Source of the DNA: a virus | Strand: one strand, 5' to 3' | Length of the DNA: 64,000 nt | IMG/VR virus record: IMGVR_UViG_3300012943_000002 | Location: 36,718-100,717 of that record | In this document: positions 51,304 to 59,577 of the stretch, in pieces | Numbering within the stretch: the stretch's first letter is position 1 | Layout of the letters: every line of letters begins with the position of its first letter | Translations under genes and position numbers: made by a program | Notes under the pieces: model-generated | What the model saw: only the letters and a program-made list of their open reading frames with translations | Told to the model about the DNA's origin: nothing | Database searches by the model: none

Positions 51304-52593
51304 CTATTTTACATTATTTAATATTACTAAATCAGAAGCTCGTGTAACTGCTGTATATAACATCTTCTGTCTTTCTACTAGGTCTTTATTAAATCCTATG
51401 TTTCCAATATTAATTATTGCTTCTTTATAAGTAGAACCTTGAGACTTATGAATAGTTATAGCATGATTGTATTTGATGTCAGCAAATTGGTCAATTAGTA
51501 AATCTCTACCTCTATAATCCCATCCATATTTTTTACAGTTTTCATTAATAGAAGATAGTACAATCTTATATACCTGTTCAGAACTTTCATGTACTATATT
51601 AATAGCATCATTTATTCTATAATATTTCATCTTGATTGTATCTACTCTACCCATTGGTCCATCATCAGTAAATCTAGTTTTCTCTGTTGGAATAGTAATA
51701 TCTGATGCTATAGTATCTAATTGCTCTACTTTTACTTCTTTGTTAGTATAAAATGATCCATAGGGAGAATTAAATACTATGGTTTCATCCTTTTCTATTT
51801 TCTTAGGATTACCGTATCTTTTTTGCCTCACTAATTGGTTAATAGAATCTACTACCATATTTGTATAAGCTAGATATTTTAAATCATCTGTGCCATTAAC
51901 CTCTGCTAAATCATTTATCATAGCTTCTCTATTGTCGCTATATATATAACCTTTACCATCTATAATACTTGGAGTCTTGAAATATATCATATCTAAATCT
52001 CTAGATAAATCTATAATAGGATTTCCTGCTCCTTGCCTTACTATTTGTGTAAGCCTTACTTCTGGATAGTCTTGTATAAATACTGGACTATTAGCTTCTC
52101 CTACTGGTGGTAATTGTTTATCATCACCTATATATATAATAGGAAATGGATAGTCATCTAAATATGCTTTAGGTACATTTTCATTACCTCCTACAAAGTC
52201 ACTATTAAGCATAGAGCATTCATCTATTACACATGCTTTAGCAAAACTGAAATCATTATTGGCTTTTTTTCCTTTTACAAAATATTTTTGTCCTGACTTA
52301 CCATTAGTTACTTTATACATTTTAAGGGCAGAATGGATCGTTTTAAAGTCAACAGGAGCATTTATTTTATTCTGTAAAATAGATAGAGCTTTATTAGTTG
52401 GAGCAGTTACATACACTTTACCATTATTAAAGTTGGGATTAATGGTCTTATCTCTACAAATATAACTTACTAATTCAGAGGCTAGCACAGTTTTTCCTAC
52501 ACCTGCACTACCTATTAGTCTTATTCTTCTGTGTCCAGCTTTGATTAATGCTATTATTTCATCAAATGCTCTTTGTTGATCTTCTAATAACAT
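51304..52593 (-). CDS. Dda/RecD-like SF1B helicase
   Basis: GSAGVGKT, APTNKA, TIHS, IDECSM, GDDKQLPPV, LTQIVRQ, TIHKSQGSTY, YTAVTRA. Confidence 0.93.
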   Translation of the reverse strand: MLLEDQQRAFDEIIALIKAGHRRIRLIGSAGVGKTVLASELVSYICRDKTINPNFNNGKVYVTAPTNKALSILQNKINAPVDFKTIHSALKMYKVTNGKSGQKYFVKGKKANNDFSFAKACVIDECSMLNSDFVGGNENVPKAYLDDYPFPIIYIGDDKQLPPVGEANSPVFIQDYPEVRLTQIVRQGAGNPIIDLSRDLDMIYFKTPSIIDGKGYIYSDNREAMINDLAEVNGTDDLKYLAYTNMVVDSINQLVRQKRYGNPKKIEKDETIVFNSPYGSFYTNKEVKVEQLDTIASDITIPTEKTRFTDDGPMGRVDTIKMKYYRINDAINIVHESSEQVYKIVLSSINENCKKYGWDYRGRDLLIDQFADIKYNHAITIHKSQGSTYKEAIINIGNIGFNKDLVERQKMLYTAVTRASDLVILNNVK

Positions 52594-52829
52594 TATAACT
52601 TGTTTAATATCTCACTAATATTTTTATTTGACTCATTTACTGAATCTAAACTACCTCTTAGATTATCACCTATTATAAAAATATACCTGTCTACTTCCCA
52701 CTTCAAGTCTTCTATTTTTCTTATCGTATCCTTTTCCAACCTTTTGATTCTCTTATTGTAGCTAAAAATATAAATTAAACAAATTATATTTATAACCAAA
52801 GATACTACAATTCCAATTGTAATTAACAT
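52593..52829 (-). CDS. Small membrane-anchored coiled-coil protein
   Basis: N-terminal TM helix. Confidence 0.55.
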   Translation of the reverse strand: MLITIGIVVSLVINIICLIYIFSYNKRIKRLEKDTIRKIEDLKWEVDRYIFIIGDNLRGSLDSVNESNKNISEILNKL

Positions 52830-52936
52830 TTTTTTCTTATTTTTATAGTTAAAAATAGTAATGTAAAGAAAAAAGTAAGCCCCATATAAATATGAAACTT
52901 ACTTTTCCTTACCTACTCAACCTTACCAATTCTACC

Positions 52937-53584
52937 TTATCCAATAGTTTGTCCCAATAATGCAGAAGCACCTTGCAATTCTAATGCAATCTCAGGTGAC
53001 AAATATACATCATTAACATCTCTTGCATCTACATCTGCATGTGGAGTTTTCCAATAGAAAGTTCTACGATATTGAGGATTACCATTAGCATCCTTAATTA
53101 TCTTATTTGCAGTACCCTCAGCGACAGTTTTGTTGTTTTCAGGAAAACGAACTACCTGTGCATTTGCATAATGGTCTTTATCTCTAAGTCCTTGGTTAAT
53201 TGCATACTGTTGATTTTCATCAATAATAGGAGAACTCTTTAGAACTCTGTAGATTGTACTACCATTTGTACTGTCAGCAGCTATACGAGCTACAATCTCA
53301 GCTTCTGACATGGTTTCTTTTACATCAACCCAAGCTACCCGGTTTTCTTCGCTTGTAAATTCACTTGCTTCAATTCCTGATTCTTCCGGTGTGAATAAAC
53401 TATTCTGCATATTGGATTCCAACTTAATAGTTGGATAAAATGACTTGGTTGTTACCTTCTGACGAAGTTCAACCCTCTTTGTACCTTTCTTCTGAAACTC
53501 TACTGTGGATATACCACTAAATGTTACAGCAGACTTAGATACTTCTTTTCTTACACCTGTTGGTGTAACAACGTTTGTGTCCAT
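52937..53584 (-). CDS. Hypothetical protein
   Basis: 215-aa ORF followed by a hairpin at ~52871-52906. Confidence 0.7.
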   Translation of the reverse strand: MDTNVVTPTGVRKEVSKSAVTFSGISTVEFQKKGTKRVELRQKVTTKSFYPTIKLESNMQNSLFTPEESGIEASEFTSEENRVAWVDVKETMSEAEIVARIAADSTNGSTIYRVLKSSPIIDENQQYAINQGLRDKDHYANAQVVRFPENNKTVAEGTANKIIKDANGNPQYRRTFYWKTPHADVDARDVNDVYLSPEIALELQGASALLGQTIG

Positions 53585-53636
53585 AATAATTGTTCTTTTT
53601 TAACTGTTTGAAATAAATGTTTAAATTATAATTTAG

Positions 53637-53720
53637 AATAGCATAGTGGACTCGAACCACTTCCTTTAGAGTACTAGCGCTATTGTTGACTCTAATGCTC
53701 TACTAATGAGCTAATGCTAT
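53637..53720 (-). ncRNA. tRNA-like RNA (84 nt) with enlarged, non-canonical anticodon arm
   Basis: Acceptor ATAGCAT/ATGCTAT, TA, D-arm GCTC-ATTAGTA-GAGC, 7-bp stem TTAGAGT/ACTCTAA closing 16 nt, T-arm AGTGG-TTCGAGT-CCACT. Confidence 0.8.
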
Positions 53721-53793
53721 ATAAAAACAGCCAATTTCGTAGCACATTCAAAAACTACTAGTTGGCTGTTGTTGTTATTAATCACTACTATTT

Positions 53794-54027
53794 TTAATAA
53801 AGGATACTACCGTCTATATCCTCTTCTTGCTTCACTTCTACTTGTGTTCCTCCTTTTATATCAGCTAATGCATTCAAATCATACATTGCTATAAATACTG
53901 CATCTGGAGTGGTATCTGTTAACCATTTACCATAAGCAGCTACTATATCTTTAGCAGTATAATTCTTACCTTTACTCATGTGATCTTTTTCATGCTCTTT
54001 AAAGACTATGTGATAAACTCTTTTCAT
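53794..54027 (-). CDS. Hypothetical protein
   Basis: ORF. Confidence 0.6.
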   Translation of the reverse strand: MKRVYHIVFKEHEKDHMSKGKNYTAKDIVAAYGKWLTDTTPDAVFIAMYDLNALADIKGGTQVEVKQEEDIDGSILY

Positions 54028-54163
54028 GTTTAAGCTGTTTAAAACTCTTAATATTGATAGTAAATGTTGTATTTACTACTTCTTTTTTAAGAGTATGAAG
54101 AATAATTTTTTCATTTGGAGTCTTTACTAATATCCTATTGATATTCTTGTCTGGTTGTGTCAT
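53999..54163 (-). CDS. Small ORF absent from the track (54 aa, MTQPDKNINR...)
   Basis: Fills the gap between two genes; A-rich leader. Confidence 0.45.
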   Translation of the reverse strand: MTQPDKNINRILVKTPNEKIILHTLKKEVVNTTFTINIKSFKQLKHEKSLSHSL

Positions 54164-54184
54164 ATTTTTAATAATTTTTAGTGA

Positions 54185-55270
54185 TTAATCTTTTACTATA
54201 TAATCTGTATTAACAATTATATCATTAACTGACACACTAGCTTTATTTAATTGGCTTAGTATATCTATATTACTCCAATGCGTTAACTTAGCTTTTACAC
54301 TGTCTCTACTTATTTCCAAATAACCTTTAGCTCTCCAAGGTGCTATATGAGTTCTACCATCTGATGCTGGTATAGTTCTATAATATAAAGTAGTATTAAA
54401 TATACTACTTGGTGCTCCCGGAATTGGTGGTACAAATGAAATACCTATGTATTTATCTGCTGGTGCTGCTCTACCTTCCAATACATATCTAGCTTTAGCT
54501 CCTCCTAAATAATCAGCTAACTTAATAACATTACTCTCTATAGTATCATCTGGATACAATCTAGAATATGTATTTAAGTAATGAGTTATTTGTTCAGAAG
54601 GTATATCTCCTTGCCAGTCTATAGATTCTAATTTTCTTTTAGACTCTGTAGATAATGGAGCATTATAATCTAACATTCTTGTGCTTATTACTGGTAATAA
54701 TACATTTGAATATCTTTTAGATAAACTAAAATACTCATTAGTATCCATTAATATACTTTCTCTAATTGGTGTAATAAAGCTATCTCCTCTAAATGTTTCT
54801 ACTAATGTAGCAAAATCAGCAGAGTATTTATTTATACTTTTTATGTTTACTGTAGGACTATTGCCTCTATATAACCAATAAGCTCCTGTGTCCTCTATTC
54901 TAATATGAACAAGAATACCTTTAGGATAATATACTTTAACACAACTATCTAATCTTAATAATTGATGTATTGCTGATAATTCAGCAGTATCAACTAGTTC
55001 AGTTGCAATAGTTTTTCTACCTCCCCATGCTGTTAATATAGGAATAGGAATATTTTTATCAATACTATCACTAATTACTTTCCTTATCTCTACTAGATTT
55101 TCAATCTCTGGAACAGAACCTAATCTTATATTCTTATCACCTACCAGTATAGTAGTGAGAATATTTAATAGGTTCTTGTCACTTGGAGTAATAACCTTAT
55201 TAAATGTAGATGATAAATAATTTTCAATGACACTTTCATAAGGATCATCGTTTAATACTTTGATTTTCAT
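54185..55270 (-). CDS. PvcA/DIT1 (isocyanide-synthase)-like protein
   Basis: PIPILTAWGGRK...VDTAELSAI..L..L...V...YPKGI.VHI..ED and late APW, matching the PvcA/DIT1 motif order. Confidence 0.55.
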   Translation of the reverse strand: MKIKVLNDDPYESVIENYLSSTFNKVITPSDKNLLNILTTILVGDKNIRLGSVPEIENLVEIRKVISDSIDKNIPIPILTAWGGRKTIATELVDTAELSAIHQLLRLDSCVKVYYPKGILVHIRIEDTGAYWLYRGNSPTVNIKSINKYSADFATLVETFRGDSFITPIRESILMDTNEYFSLSKRYSNVLLPVISTRMLDYNAPLSTESKRKLESIDWQGDIPSEQITHYLNTYSRLYPDDTIESNVIKLADYLGGAKARYVLEGRAAPADKYIGISFVPPIPGAPSSIFNTTLYYRTIPASDGRTHIAPWRAKGYLEISRDSVKAKLTHWSNIDILSQLNKASVSVNDIIVNTDYIVKD

Positions 55271-55289
55271 TTTGAATATTTTAATTTAT

Positions 55290-55547
55290 TTAAAATTCTT
55301 TTTCTTCTATTCCAGAGATGAATGGTATTAGTCCTACACCATGTAAGCTAAATCCAAATGCTTCTTGTACTACCTCTATAACTGTTACATCTATAAGATG
55401 TATTTCAGCTATTATAGTACCTATTAGTATTAAGCATACGCCTATAGCTTTTCTGTGTACATTGGTGTGATGGCTACCTACCAAATGATGAGCTAGATAT
55501 TTAGATATATCTAAATCACGTAGAATGATTAATTTTAACCTTTTCAT
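55290..55547 (-). CDS. Small His-rich membrane protein
   Basis: HHLVGSHHTNVHR followed by two hydrophobic segments. Confidence 0.6.
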   Translation of the reverse strand: MKRLKLIILRDLDISKYLAHHLVGSHHTNVHRKAIGVCLILIGTIIAEIHLIDVTVIEVVQEAFGFSLHGVGLIPFISGIEEKEF

Positions 55548-55868
55548 TTTGAATGTTTTTAATGTTGATAATAGTGATTAATCTATGGTTTTTACATCGG
55601 TAGCATACTCATCCTATCTGTAAACGGACTTTGTGTGTAACAATCTACCAATGTCATCAAATCTAACTTAAATCTAACTGTGCTATTAAGCACTGCATGG
55701 TTAAGTTTGTAGTCTTTGAAACTACTAGATTAGAAATTTTTAGAATAATATAGTAGAGTAGTTGCGTTATGCAAAACCTTATCATTATCACTAGTAGATA
55801 ATACCTGTGTCTAATCAAGGCAACTACTCTAACTATATTATCAGAGCCAATTGTCTCTGCTTCTTTAA

Positions 55869-56033
55869 TTATTTTATAGACTGTACATTATAGTAAGTAG
55901 TATCAGTATCAACTACTGTTACTAATCTAACTTGTATAATCTTATTTTCTTGATTTGGTTTTACTTGTTCTTTAGTACAACTGATAGCTATAACTATAAG
56001 AACTAATAGTAGTAAATAAAATATCTTTTTCAT
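55869..56033 (-). CDS. Small lipoprotein
   Basis: MKKIFYLLLLVLIVIAISC lipobox; start overlaps the upstream stop. Confidence 0.65.
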   Translation of the reverse strand: MKKIFYLLLLVLIVIAISCTKEQVKPNQENKIIQVRLVTVVDTDTTYYNVQSIK

Positions 56034-56566
56034 TGTATACTTATTGATTTGATAAAATGTTGTTTCAGTCCTACTACTGTAGGCACATCTAGCTTTATTA
56101 ACTTCCATCCATTATCAGATAAATATTGAAGATAAAAAGAAGTATTATTACCCGGTGTACTATTATATGCATCAAATGATACTTGTAGTTGATCTCCTAT
56201 TTTTTTAAACACAATATCTGATACTATAATTGGTAATGTACCACAATAAGTAACTAAATGTACCCAACAATCACATTTACTACCATTAACTTGAGCTTCT
56301 ATAAATTTAGCATCTGGAAGCATGTGAATAACTTTCTGTTCATGTTTATCTAATGATAAACTAGTCTCTACAGTTCCATGTATTGTTACCGTTACAGAAT
56401 AATTATTAAGATTTTTGATGGTTGTTACATTATGGTCAATCTCCAACTTTATATTATCTGTTGTTGATGAACCTGTCTCAATTGTTGGTTGCATTTGTGC
56501 GTGTACGCTACTACCTATAAGCATTATAAATAGTATAAGTAGAAATATGATAATAAACTGTTTCAT
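56030..56566 (-). CDS. Exported beta-rich protein with a Bacteroidota 'LPV/LPI' Ig-like module
   Basis: Signal peptide ending VHA-Q; GTLPIIVSD...LQVSF...NNTSFYLQY..DNGWK. Confidence 0.6.
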   Translation of the reverse strand: MKQFIIIFLLILFIMLIGSSVHAQMQPTIETGSSTTDNIKLEIDHNVTTIKNLNNYSVTVTIHGTVETSLSLDKHEQKVIHMLPDAKFIEAQVNGSKCDCWVHLVTYCGTLPIIVSDIVFKKIGDQLQVSFDAYNSTPGNNTSFYLQYLSDNGWKLIKLDVPTVVGLKQHFIKSISIQ

Positions 56567-56601
56567 AAATGTTTTGTTTTTAATTTTTAGTGATTATTTT
56601 T

Positions 56602-56847
56602 AATATCCCTCTGCACTCAATTGTAATAGCTGCCTCCCAGACATTTTTAACTGCTGTAGTCATCGCAGTTCACTATTACAACTGCTCACCCTTGGGAGCT
56701 GATTCCATAGTTTTCTCGATGCTTGTTTCCAAGTCCTAATACTTCCTATATCAATCAGGTAGTTTCACATCTTATCGAGGTAAGGCTACTACGCCTACTT
56801 GTACCTTAAAGATGCTTATGCTACGTGAGTTATGGTGCATTGCTATT
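56602..56847 (-). ncRNA. Twister-ribozyme-like RNA (P1-type with P5) interrupted by a 126-nt insert
   Basis: CAA-TGCA-CC-ATAA-CTCAC-[insert]-CTCCC-AA-GG-GTGAG-P5-TGCA-GAGGG reproduces P2, T2, P4 and T1 of twister. Confidence 0.65.
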
Positions 56848-56999
56848 TTTCAATGTGTACTTCCTTTACAGGTTTTCTACATCTGGAAACTCGTCATATA
56901 AATCAACGTTTATAATCTTCAAGTCTATCCAAGTAATTTCTGAGAAAATTACCTTACTGTTTATATGCTCCCTCAGTCATATTTATCAGTATTAGCTAA

Positions 57000-57392
57000 C
57001 TAGTTTAATATTTGTTCTAACATACTATCAGTTACCTTCTTTTCAGCTATGCCTTCTTTCATAACTCTTTCTACCATAGGTAACACTAATGTGTACTCTT
57101 CTAAATTGTCACACATTGCTGCTATCTCTTTGTAAAGATTGAGAGGATTTCTGAAATATTTAGGGTCTTTACCTCCAAATGCTTCTTTCAACTCTTCTTT
57201 TTGTTGTTCAGTTCCTTCTTCTCCTATTGTATCAACTATCATAGATACTAGAGGATGAGCACGAGAAGCAAATGTAGCTGTAGCTTCTGCTGCTTGTTTT
57301 ATTAAGCTAAGTGCTCTTTCACTGGCTATACCTAGTCCTGCTCCCATTTTTCCATTTTCTGGAGTAATGTCTAAATTGATTTTAAGTTCCAT
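57000..57392 (-). CDS. Hypothetical protein, paralog of 45011..45328
   Basis: Likely start MELKINL at 57392; CDNLEEYT motif. Confidence 0.65.
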   Translation of the reverse strand: MELKINLDITPENGKMGAGLGIASERALSLIKQAAEATATFASRAHPLVSMIVDTIGEEGTEQQKEELKEAFGGKDPKYFRNPLNLYKEIAAMCDNLEEYTLVLPMVERVMKEGIAEKKVTDSMLEQILN

Positions 57393-57646
57393 TTTAATTT
57401 GTTTTAAGTGATTAATAATATATTTTAGCACCTACAGCATTACTTGTGCTTGGGAACTTAATCCACTACACTATATGCTAACTAATCTGTTTAGGTCTAG
57501 CTGAGAACTCATTCGTATTAATAGCTTCTGTCAATTAGCTACTGACCCAGTTCTTTCTCAAGGGACTAATACGTATAGGATTTCGCCTATTATCTTTATT
57601 CAGATATTGCTTCTGAAAAGGTATTTAATGTTTAACCTTTAAGTTT

Positions 57647-57862
57647 TTATAATTCAGTATCATTCCAATTTTCTAGTCTACTATCAAATTGAGCTTGAGA
57701 CATTAAATGTCTCTCTTCAAATAGATCATCATCAAATAACTCTACTTTTTCATCAAATAGATCATCTAATGGATCATGAACTTTTGAATGTGTAGGATTA
57801 CCTGTGAATAATGATGTAGATTTTCTGTTCTCTGTGCATGTTGTTAGATTGTACTTTAACAT
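57647..57862 (-). CDS. Small acidic protein
   Basis: Likely start MLKYNL; DDLFDE / DDDLFEE repeats. Confidence 0.5.
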   Translation of the reverse strand: MLKYNLTTCTENRKSTSLFTGNPTHSKVHDPLDDLFDEKVELFDDDLFEERHLMSQAQFDSRLENWNDTEL

Positions 57863-58034
57863 AGTGATTAATTTATGATGAATAATTAGGTTGAATAAGA
57901 AAAACATTTGGTCAGGGGCTTATCATATCTTGAGTAGTAGTTCAAGAGAAGGTTTATCAGCTATAGCCTCTACTACAGTAAGTTTATTTAACTGAATATC
58001 TCCTTATCAGGCTTTACCAAATGTTTAAGTTTAA

Positions 58035-58772
58035 TTACTTTTCAGGATAATGTTTATCAAACCAATCCTTATAATTCTGTATTACTTTACCTTGTTGGTC
58101 TAGTTTTAAACAGTCTAGTGCATAATCAGCAGCAGCTTTCATCATTTCATCTCTTGTATACATCTTTTCTATCTTTACAGATTCAGGAACTGGAGTAATA
58201 ATTACTGAACCATTACTATCATGAATTAGTTCTGTCTTTATAATAATACCTACATTATAATACTTATACCCTTCTGGACTCTCCATTAACCTCCTACTTC
58301 CTGCTGTTTTTGTTTCTCCATATTCAAGCATTACTTCTTTAATAACATTACCTTTATTATAAGATAATGTATAATCATAAGCAAATTTATCTGATATATT
58401 AAGGGCGAACTTCTTATCATCTGCATAGAAATCTTCTATTGTTCCTTTATTTAATAATTCAGGGTTATCAGAAGCTACTATCTTTCTAAAGAACTCAAGA
58501 GTACCATAAGGATAAGCTACTTCTGTTATTAAATTATGAGTCTTATATACAGTATCACAATGGTATTTACCTACTCTTTGAGTTGCTACCTCAAGGATAT
58601 TATCCCCCTCTTTTATTTCATCATATGTAGTAATATACAAATACTGATAAGTGCAATCTTCATATAAATGTCGTTTACTGGCTTTATAAGGATATAATCT
58701 ACCATTTGTATGCTTTACTATATAACTTACTTTATTAGTAGGTAACATATGTACTTGTGCTATCTTTTTCAT
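58035..58772 (-). CDS. Conserved phage hypothetical protein
   Basis: VHMLPT, QYLYIT..DEIKEGD, RKIVAS, KMYTRDEM pattern. Confidence 0.7.
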   Translation of the reverse strand: MKKIAQVHMLPTNKVSYIVKHTNGRLYPYKASKRHLYEDCTYQYLYITTYDEIKEGDNILEVATQRVGKYHCDTVYKTHNLITEVAYPYGTLEFFRKIVASDNPELLNKGTIEDFYADDKKFALNISDKFAYDYTLSYNKGNVIKEVMLEYGETKTAGSRRLMESPEGYKYYNVGIIIKTELIHDSNGSVIITPVPESVKIEKMYTRDEMMKAAADYALDCLKLDQQGKVIQNYKDWFDKHYPEK

Positions 58773-58796
58773 ATTGAATGTTTTTGTAGTGATTTG

Positions 58797-59066
58797 TTAT
58801 TCTATTATCTTTACTATTCTATTTGCTATATCTATCTCCACTTGTGAATAGATTACAGTACTTGAAGTAATAAATTGTCTTACATTATGTGATTTTAATT
58901 CACTCTTTATAGCTTCTAATACTTTATCTCTTAACAAATGTCTTCTTTTTATCTTTCTTTTCTCAAGATATGTTTGTATCATAGATGATATAGTCAAAGC
59001 GAGTATACTTAGTGTTATTCCTATAAGTATTCCCGCTGCTGCTGCATTATTACAATTTGTTAACAT
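58797..59066 (-). CDS. Small membrane-anchored protein
   Basis: N-terminal TM helix followed by a basic stretch. Confidence 0.55.
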   Translation of the reverse strand: MLTNCNNAAAAGILIGITLSILALTISSMIQTYLEKRKIKRRHLLRDKVLEAIKSELKSHNVRQFITSSTVIYSQVEIDIANRIVKIIE

Positions 59067-59076
59067 GGTTTAGGTT

Positions 59077-59241
59077 TTAATGTAGTAAATAAAATAGATA
59101 ACTCCATAATACTATAGCAATTATTAACACTAAATATACAAGATTAGTAGCTTCTGCTTTGTTAATCATAGCATTTACATTAGTTATTATTACTATCCAT
59201 GTAAATAATAATGCTAGTCCAAATACAATTGTTGGTAACAT
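59077..59241 (-). CDS. Two-TM microprotein absent from the track (54 aa)
   Basis: MLPTIVFGLALLFTWIVII...LVYLVLIIAIVLWSYLFYLLH. Confidence 0.6.
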   Translation of the reverse strand: MLPTIVFGLALLFTWIVIITNVNAMINKAEATNLVYLVLIIAIVLWSYLFYLLH

Positions 59242-59565
59242 AATGAATTGATTTAAGTGTAATGATTAATACAATGATATTTATTTCTAAGTCAATAAGG
59301 GCTACTTGTATGACTTAATAATCTTGGCAATAATTAGTTGGGGCTGTGAGGGGAGTAGGGGAATAACAGGTACTAACCTGTAAGGTATCAGTACATCTTG
59401 ATGAATGTTGTCATAATGTTCTGTCATTTTGAATGTTTGAAGTATGAAATTTGTCTCTTATTAAGAGGTAAAAAAATGAACCCTTGCTGGTAGCGGCTTT
59501 CAGCCAATTCTTGTGTTATTAAATAACTATTTTCTCAAATAATAGTTATCTGGTAACTATTTTTG

Positions 59566-59573
59566 TACCTTTG
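59566..59573 (+). promoter_or_regulatory. Bacteroidota -7 promoter element, probable leaderless transcript
   Basis: TACCTTTG ends 4 nt before the ATG at 59578. Confidence 0.6.
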
Positions 59574-59577
59574 AGGT

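Noticed and set aside
56699-56824. Insert as HDV-like/theta or hammerhead ribozyme, or as a GT-AG spliceosomal intron
   Set aside because: A G-U-initiated stem and cctcga loop are suggestive, but no P2 adjoining P3 or catalytic C junction was found; ctgattga is not the CUGAnGA core; GT..AG ends are likely chance in a phage
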